Assembly (NCBI GenBank): GCA_907165135.1
Contig: OU015567.1
Coordinates: forward strand, 6,758,001-6,822,000
Reading direction: 5' to 3'
Length of the DNA: 64,000 nucleotides
From: Oikopleura dioica
Taxonomy: Eukaryota > Animalia > Chordata
The notes beneath the pieces were generated by a model. It searched no databases. It was given only the letters and a program-made list of their open reading frames with translations, and was not told where the DNA came from. Shown here piece by piece: positions 52,057 through 64,000 of the stretch. The first letter of the stretch is position 1. Every line of letters begins with the position of its first letter. A program made the position numbers and the translations under genes.

Positions 52057-53906
52057 TCAGTACGTAAGATCAAACTGGGATAAGACATTTTTAAGTGCAT
52101 CTAAATCTTTGACGTGTGAATCGTCCGGCACGCTCGCCGGCTTATTAGGTAAAATATTAATACTGTGCATTCCAACCCGTCTGGGCCCGTGGAAATCTTT
52201 CTCTACGTCGTCGCCAATGTGGACAGCTTTTTTGGGGAGCAAAAAAAAAAAGAGTATTTATCTTTTGGGTTGATTGCTTGGGCGTTTTTGGGAGGGAGGG
52301 CAATTATGTTTTATTAGCGCGAAGATTTAAATGGATGGAGCTGAAATTTAAAGCAGCTTGGTTCAGAATTGACGCAATAGAATTCAAAGAGGATCTTGTA
52401 TGTAAAAAAACAAAGAAAAAATTTAGAAAAAAGAGAGTAAATTGAACAAACAACTCTTTTTTGACGTTTGTGAATTATGAATGAACAATAGACGCGTAGT
52501 GAATAATAAATTATTAATGATTCAATAAAATTAAAAAAGTCTATTGAAAAATTGAAATTCTCCCTTTCCTTCGCTGGGCTCCTTGATACCGGCTACTTCC
52601 AGGCAGCGAATGTACGCTTGCGCTCTCGGTTTCTCGAGGCCCGTCTCGGCGGAAGTCAAGACAAAGTCGAAGTGGTGATAAATTCCCAGCTGCTGGAGGT
52701 GCTTGTGGAGCCTCTCGTCGCCGTTGGAATAAATACAAGTCTTCGTTTTGGAGCGATCGATACTTTCGAGCAAATCGGTGGCGTTCTCTGATTTAGGGGT
52801 ATCTATTTAGCGAATTGAAGAAGAGACCAGAACATCGCGCCATCCTATTTTCACTACTGAAACGGCGGAGAAAAAAAATAATGTAAAAAGAAATGTGGAC
52901 GTAGTAGTAAATCACCACTTTAGTGATTATTTGCTAGCGCAAATATTTGGCGAATATTTTCAAGGAAGTTCGTTGTAGAATAGACTGTCTACAAGTCCCC
53001 TTTCCCAGAGCCAAATATGGTAGGAATAAATATTTGTTCCGGGATCTTGGAGACAACGAAGAGTACCCCATTTCCTATTAATTCGTAATCATAAGCGTGG
53101 TAAATGTACTGAAATGCTTCTTCTAGCTCTTCTTCTGTCGTTTCTAGCTCTTTGATTCACAATATGAAAATTCAAGGTTGACATTGTCAAGATTCTTGAT
53201 ATGAAGATTTTGAAGTTTTCGAAATTTTGAAAGCGCATATTCATTCATGTAGAATGATTTGCCCCTCTCCGGAAAATGATTGAGCAGTTAAAAATTTGAA
53301 AAGCTTGTAAAATTTTAAATTTTGCTTGTTTGAAAATCGCTTCAACAAAAATTCCTTTTGAATGCCTCCTAGTTCAAGATTTAAAAAGTGCGAATCCTCC
53401 CTTGATCCACAAATGGCCTTGTCGTCTCTTTAAAAACACGTCTCCATATTTCCTCAGAGGTCTTCTGGGTATAAAAGCCATAAGCAGGGTGCTTCTTCAT
53501 GATCTCTTTCCTTGCATAGGAAAATTGCCTGTTGACGGCCTCTTCTGTGACGCTGGAAATCGTGTTGATCGTGTGCAGATCAAGCGTTCTTTTCAACAAC
53601 TTTTCACATTCATATTCATTTCAAAAATAGAACAACAAATTTTCGAGAAAGAGGCAGGTTTTTCGGCCGATATTTTTTCGATAATCGATGAGGGCCGCTA
53701 AATCATACCGTCACGTGGCCAATTGGCGGCCCCCCTTGCCTCCCGCATGGAGGATAGTTCAGTGAAAAGCCCCTTGCCTTAGGTACTGCTGACCAACTGA
53801 GCCTAGTATAAGCTGTTTGAAAGGAGCGGGGCGAGCTAAGGGGTGCTGTACCTGAGATTCGGATCAGCGTGTCCAATGCATCAAATGAGACCAACCGAAA
53901 AGCCAT
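52057..53906 (-). CDS. HDHD3: HAD-like hydrolase
   Basis: LVSFDALDTL (motif I), IYSNGDERL, TSAETGLEKP, VHIGDDVEKD..GPRRVGM; one GC-AG intron. Confidence 0.85.
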
Positions 53907-54275
53907 GATCTTCAAGAACTGCCTTCAATCAACAAAAATCAGCAATGACTTTCACAATAATATTTTTTATAAAAAAAAGCCAAAGAAAATTTATTGAAGA
54001 GGGTACAGGAAAATATTGCAAAACGAGCAGAACAGTCGTTATCACCCCAGAACATAAAAATTAACAAGAAGGGAAATCAATTTTTTCAAGAAACTTTTTT
54101 AAATAATCGATGAACAGAGGAGGGATTTGCTTGCAAGTGTAAAAAATATCAGTTGTTCCAGTACAGAAAAAGTGAGTTAAAAGTTGGTTAAGATTGATGC
54201 TAGTTTTTTTCTCTTCTTCATTAATTATTTTTCCTATTTTTTCACTCCGAGGAGGAATTTTCACCGGCGAAGTTT

Positions 54276-54905
54276 CTAAACCATTGGATGACTTTCGTAC
54301 TTTTTCACCAGTGAACTAAAGAAAAGAATCGAAAGATTAAGGCTACCACCACGGGAAAAAGCTCTTACCTAATTCCTGGTAGATTCAAAATGTTTCCCAA
54401 AACCGGGATTCTTCTGATAAACGAAATTGCAACCGGCAAGAATCCAGAAAAGAGCACGAAAAAGCCATAGAACTCAACGCACATTCCAATAAATGGCCAG
54501 CCGATGAGGACCAAAAAGATTCCAAAGAAAAATGCAGCTGATCCTTTCATCTTGGACATATTATGTGGCTGCCAGAAGAAATTGAGAGTCCGACCGAGTC
54601 CAATCAGGAGACAGAGGCCGGAAAGAAACTTGGAAAAAGGTCGAAAGAAAATTCATTTTTTTCTTCAGTATTAGCATTACTAATACTGTATTACGCCTTT
54701 AATTGAGCGTAGACGCTCTCTATTTTGCGACCCTTAGCATAACATTTCCAAGTCCGAGCAAAACTCTGTCGAGAAAGAGAAACAGACCCATCACCAAAAA
54801 GGCCCATCTTGAAAAAGAAAATTAATCCTTTTTCTCTCAAAAATTTACCTACCCAAAGATAACAAGGCCGAGGCCAATTTTCTGCAAATCTGTCAACTCA
54901 AACAT
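54276..54905 (-). CDS. GOLT1B: Got1 vesicle transport protein
   Basis: LTDLQKIGLGL, FLDRVLLGLGN, GLGRTLNFF, FFFGIFLVLIGWPFIGMCVEFYGFFVLFSGF, RRIPVLG. Confidence 0.9.
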
Positions 54906-55143
54906 GTTCCTTTCTTTATTTTCCTGAAGAAAAAAGGTGTTAGAGAAATATTTCTTTATTTTCAAGAATGTTTAATCAAGGCACAGTACGTTTTTTCGAG
55001 CGATAGAAGTATTTGTTCTGAACAGAAGTAAAACAATCGTTTTTGAACTTAAATAATTAAAGAGGCATTTTTCGTTTTTGAACTTAGAAGAAATGTTTTT
55101 TTCGAAGAAAAGGTCCCGTTTTAGCGGAGAATAGCGATAGTAT

Positions 55144-55771
55144 TCATCGTGGAAAGGGTTTTATTGCGGTTTTGTAGCTCGTGCGTCACTTGGCTCTAGA
55201 AAAAAAAGGTTGGAATCGATGGGAGGGCAAAAAACGGGCTTACTTGTATCCATATGACAGTTTCTAACAGGACACCGTTTGGGTTAAATTCACGCGCGAG
55301 TTTTTTGGTCAGATATTTGTTGAGGTAGGTGTTCACATTATCAGAAAGGCCACTGCAGTTGAAGGACACTCGGGGCGCTTCTAGGGACGGATATTGATTT
55401 GGCAGCTCTAGGTGGATCAAAAGCTCGAATTCACCATCTTCACATTTTACTAACAACTTGATTGAAAATGATTAAAGAGAGGAAAGAGCTTACTTGGAGA
55501 TTCTAGCTCTAAATGAAGCCCACTGGAGTTTCCGTTTTCGTCAGACAAAGATTCTCTCAGGCTGCAGATATCTATCGAAATTGTTGAAAAAGTAATCACG
55601 AAAAAAAACCCTACCGATAGGACTTGGGTTCAAATAGCAAATCTTAAAATGCGGCAGATAGGATTCAATATCTCGAATTTCCTCCACTTGCGACTGCGTA
55701 TCGTTCAGTCCCAACGCTGCATCGAAATTGAAGTGATCTGCGTGCCCAAATTGCGAGAACGATCTCTCCAT
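55144..55771 (-). CDS. RWD-domain protein (RWDD2-like)
   Basis: QVEEIRDIESY, LLIHLELPNQYPSLEAP (YPxxxP motif); three introns. Confidence 0.7.
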
Positions 55772-55869
55772 CTCTGAACGTAAAAATTGCTGATCTCTTC
55801 TTTTAGAAAAAAAGAGGCAACTGGGCAGACTTCAAATTTACAAATTGGATCAAACTCAAGCTCAGTGGG

Positions 55870-56812
55870 GTAACCCCTCTTTGAGTAATTGATCCTGATT
55901 CTGAAGAAAGTCAGAGTACGATTGTTCTAAATCCTGGTCTTTGTGTCTGTGCAGCTCCTTATTGTCCTCGGCAAATTCTCTCGCGCTCCTGAAGAGGTCA
56001 AGTAAGAACTCTGAGAAAAGACTGAAAGAGAGATTTGACTTACGCAGGCCCTTTTAAAGCAACAATGACGAGCAGCAGCCAAACATAGAGCCACACGAGC
56101 ACATCTTGTGCATATAGATTCACTTCTTCATGTCGTCTGACATTCTCAACGAGCTCCGTCAAGACGTAACGTCGTAGCGAGCGTTCAGAATATTGATTTA
56201 TCCACGTATAATGAGCCCAGATTGCCGAGCGGTATTTGTCCAGTTCTGAGCGGTATGCAATGTCGTCAACGTAATAGTTACTGTATAAATTCGTCATTTC
56301 TTCGAGCGTAGCTTCACGACCGGTGGAAACTTTGAATTCTGAAGAAGAATTTTGGAGTTTGTGTCTTTTCATTAAAGGGCTTTCAGACCCTGACTCAGGT
56401 TTTTTGCAAAGGTTACCGAGCCTAAAACGGTACCTAGTTGAAAACGTAAGAGACCATCTTCATCCAGCTTTCTCAAATAAAAATCATTCCTTTCCAACTC
56501 CTTCTGATAAAGATAATTGGCGCCGTAGAAGCTCCCAACAAAAGACGCAGCAAAGCCAAATCGTCGATGCTCGCGATAAAGCCCCTTGAAAGGGTAGAAC
56601 TTTCTCAGCTGATAAGCAGCGATTGTGAGGCAAGAAGGGATGATGATCGTTTTCAGCGTTTCGTCAATCTTTCTTGAGACGACGAAGTCCAGTTCGTCTG
56701 GCCGAAGAGCTGGGATTTGACAGGAATCAGCGTCGGGGAGTTTTATGAACTTTTCAGCGCGTTCTTTTGATTCTGCTTTTTTAGTTTCGAACCACTTTTT
56801 AATCTCTTCCAT
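55870..56812 (-). CDS. Unknown protein with hydrophobic segments, multi-exon, 3' structure uncertain
   Basis: ATG directly after a TTTTAG acceptor; exons joined in frame by intron 56339-56433; no recognisable family. Confidence 0.5.
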
Positions 56813-56895
56813 TCTAAAATCCTCAAACTCATTTTCATTCTCAATGTGAATCTACAGATACATTCGAGCAATTAGTTAAAATCAGTTCCATCATA

Positions 56896-58928
<2,033 letters not shown>

Positions 58929-59349
58929 CTTCCACTTTGCTCAATTCTGAAAGCTGCCTTTTATATTTCGTTTCTGCATGCAAACTGGAACGCATGAAAT
59001 CAAGGAAGAGAACTCTGGTGAAATATGGTATATTTTTATTTTAATTGCCAAAAGAAAGCTGCTTCCAAAGAAAAACTTTCTTATCGACTTTCATGAGCTC
59101 AAATAACTTTCTGGTTATGTTCTGGTTTAATTCAGTCTAGGCAGGACATTTAGCTAAAGAGAGATCGCTGTCAGTACACGATTATACGACGGCAGGTGGT
59201 GAAGGGTAGAATTTTTCTTAATTTTTTTTTTTGATGATGAATGGACGGCTTTTGGCTTCTTTTTGGTCAGGCGGGAAAGAAAGGGGGAGAAAATTTTTTG
59301 TGGAGTTAACTGATTTCGTAGGAGCGGGCGGCCAGAGAGATCATCATTC

Positions 59350-61054
<1,705 letters not shown>

Positions 61055-61457
61055 TCTACAAAGCAAGGAGGATGAATTTAATAATATTATCTTGAGCTGA
61101 AAATTTTAATTATAAAAAATATTTTTATCATCTTTATGAGTTTCAATAACGGTTATGTCTTCTTATTTCATATTTAGTTTCTCAAAGAAGAGCCAAAATC
61201 GGTCAAAATTCTGGCCAGAAAGTCTTTCACCTAAAAATCGGTGGCTTGGAAACTGAGGCAGCTCTGCGTCGCGCGATCTGATTGGGTGGATTCGAGCTGA
61301 GTCAGATTTACTCCGCGCGCCTACGGTCTTTCCTTCGCGTAAATTCAGGATCAAGCCACTGTTCTCCAGGGCTACAGGTGGCGGCAGAGAGGATTTGTCA
61401 AGGAAGGAAGATTTCGTAGAGAAGGAAAAGGGAAGATTTATTTGAAAAAGAAAGAAG

Positions 61458-62362
61458 ATGGATCCGAGATTTCAAGGAATATGGAAGTTGGCGGTCGAGT
61501 CGATGACAGAAGATCCGACTACGGAGACGGATTTGAGCTCCAGATCTGCCGAGGTACGCTCATTCTTTCGGATAATAACCGGGCAGCTTTGCAAGTTTCT
61601 AATAATATCTCTAGGAGTTAAAATGGCTGAAAGAAGTTATGGACAAAATCGGCAAGGACCAAACAAGTGACGTCGACCTGATGCTTGAAGCTTTGAAAGA
61701 CGCCAAAGCGGGGACGGAAATTGCTGATAACCTTCATGCCGCAGCGGAGTTTTGTGAAGACATCGACTTCGCAGAAGTGGCGGTAAATAATGGACAAGCA
61801 ATTGGAGTCGCGCTGAAGTACATTCCCTTCAAGGACGGAGAAATACGCGCGGCAGCGGCGAGGTTGCTAGCTGCCATCAGCCAGAACAACGAGAAGGTGC
61901 AAGAGAAGACGGTCACGTGCTTGAGCTTGTTGCTCAAAATTGCTTCGGAAGAGAAAGAGGCCGGAGCGTTGCGATTTCAGCTTTCTGCAATTTCTGTAAG
62001 TCGCTTTTTCGGTAATTTGATGATGATTTATGTTTATTTAGTCGACTGCCCGGTACAACAGAAAGTCGATAAAGCAGTTCTTCGATTTGAACGGAATCAA
62101 ACTCTTGGAACAAGTACTGACTGACTTTTCAAGTGACAACAAAGTGCTTTCCCGAGCAATTTTCATGGCGACCTGTTTCTACCAACAGTGCGATATTGTG
62201 CTGGAAGAAGAGGCTGGAAAGACTGTAGATGATGGAATAAAGAAAGAAGAAATCAAAGAATTGTACACAAAACACTCCATTTTTGACAAAGCTGCTCAAT
62301 TTGTGAAATCGAATGACTGTAATCTCTCTGAAAACGCTTCAAACTTGCTCAAGCTCAAATGA
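61458..62362 (+). CDS. HSPBP1: Hsp70 nucleotide exchange factor, HSPBP1/Fes1-like
   Basis: ELKWLKEVM, FCEDIDFA, EIRAAAARLLAAISQNNEKVQ, LSAIS armadillo-type motifs; two introns. Confidence 0.7.
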
Positions 62363-62568
62363 CAATAGATACACTGATAAAATGAAACTAAATCAAGTAA
62401 AACTGAATCATATGCAATGACAAATCGAAATAATCAAATGAAACTGGTTCATAATAATCAAAATGTTTGTTGAACTAACCGTTAAAAGATTAGTAAATAA
62501 ATAAAATATGAAGTGAATAAAGGAACATCGTTCGATAAACAAACTTCCTCAGACTGGTTTCGTAAAAA

Positions 62569-64000
62569 ATGCCGAGCGCCGCAGCAAAGAAGAAGGCCGA
62601 GCGCAAGAAGCAGCTTGAGAAGGAGCGAATGGCCAAGAAGCTCGGCAAGAAGGAAAACGACGAGGAAGAAGAGGCCGAAACCCAAGAGGAAGAGAAGGTC
62701 TGCCCGGTTGGGAAAGTGACAGAGAAAGTGGGAGAGCTGAATGCGAGAGGCACATCTGGTGTTTTGTCCAGTCCGGCGCTCTCGGCTGATATTCATATTC
62801 ACAATTTTACCATGTCCTTCCACGGGAAAGTATGCTACCTCCTTCTTCCCCTTTTCATCATCTTTTTTAGGTTTTGTGCCAAGACACAAACTTCGAACTC
62901 AACAATGGAAACCGATACGGTCTTCTGGGAGCCAACGGCTGCGGAAAAACGACCCTGATGAAAGCCCTGGCCGAGCAGGATATTCCTCTTCAGAAACATA
63001 TTGATATCTTCTACCTAAGTCGGGAAATGGAAGCGTCGGATAAGACACCACTCGAGTGTGTCCAAGAAGTCGATGAAGAACGAACGCGGTTGGAAGAGGA
63101 AGTTGAATGGATGATGACGGAGGATCCTGAGAATCCACGTCTCAATCAGGTATGGAATTGAGAAGGTGTGACGGCCTAACTGTTTAGATTTACGACCGTC
63201 TGGACGAACTCGATGTCGACAAAGCTGAAGCCAAAGCAGCGCGCATCTTGACCGGTCTGGGCTTCACCGCGCAAATGCAAAAGAAAAAGCTCTCAGATTT
63301 CTCTGGTGGTTGGAGAATGCGTGTCTCGCTCGCTCGAGCGCTCTTCCTCAAGCCGTACTTGATGTTGCTGGATGAACCGACGAATCACTTGGATTTGAAC
63401 GCCTGCGTTTGGCTCGAGCAAGAACTCAAAACTTACAAAAACATTTTGGTACTGATCTCGCACTCGCAGGATTTCCTCAACAACGTCTGCTCCAATATCA
63501 TTTACATGACCCAGTCGAGGATATTGTACGTACTTTTCCATCCCTCATCTTTGTTTTCAAGTCCCTTTTAGGCAGTTCAGCGGCAACTACGACACTTTCA
63601 TCCAAACACTGACCGAGCAGCAAGAAAACCAAATGAAGAAATACTCGAAAGAACAAACCGACATCGCGAAGATGAAAGAATACGTCGCTCGCTTCGGTCA
63701 CGGTTCTCGAAAACTCGCCAAACAGGGAAAGTCCAAAGAAAAATTGCTGAACAAGCGGCTGGCCGAAGGGCTCACTGAAGCTGTTTACAGAGAGAAGACC
63801 GTTTCCTTCAAGTTCAATAATGTCTCCTCGCTGCCGAGTCCGGTCATGATGGTGCAGGGCGTGTCCTTTAGGTATAATGAAACGACGCCTTGGATTTATG
63901 ATAACTTGGAGTTCGGAATGGATTTGGATACGAGAGTCGCTCTTGTAGGACCTAATGGTGCTGGTAAATCTACTCTTCTCAAGGTAAAACATCGCCAACG
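62569..64000 (+). CDS. ABCF2: ABC-F ATPase 2, 3' end beyond the window
   Basis: [79 protein letters not shown]. Confidence 0.95.

Overview
Gene-dense animal DNA with mostly 35-65 nt introns, several GA-AG/GC-AG introns and co-oriented genes whose ATGs sit just downstream of lone AG acceptors. This pattern strongly suggests the larvacean tunicate Oikopleura dioica (inference, not a database match). Left to right: two stacked TTAA-flanked MITEs; a + strand run of EEF1AKMT1-like, four divergent caspase-like domains and TAF8, with a 5.2-kb foldback element (8-bp TSD, inverted 57-bp satellite arrays) splitting the first caspase gene; a BTB/MATH gene; a divergent kinase fused to a papain-like protease; an ~11-kb gene for a giant TSP1/VWA extracellular protein; REEP5/6; decayed kinase-papain paralogues; a secreted CUB protein; three stacked TTAA elements; ABCC4-like; a probable minus-strand operon (RIOK2, unknown gene, RWD protein, GOLT1, HDHD3, LPGAT1); an SRSF4/5/6-like gene with a candidate poison exon; HSPBP1; and ABCF2 (cut by the window end). 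Most notable: (1) the caspase-like cluster keeps the His/Cys dyad but has lost all three Asp-binding S1 residues, one member has a C-terminal leucine zipper and one gene is an in-frame double-caspase; (2) a kinase(K-to-R)-papain protease fusion family; (3) a minimal hammerhead ribozyme motif in an insertion within the foldback. Exon boundaries and alignments were done by eye and are approximate.
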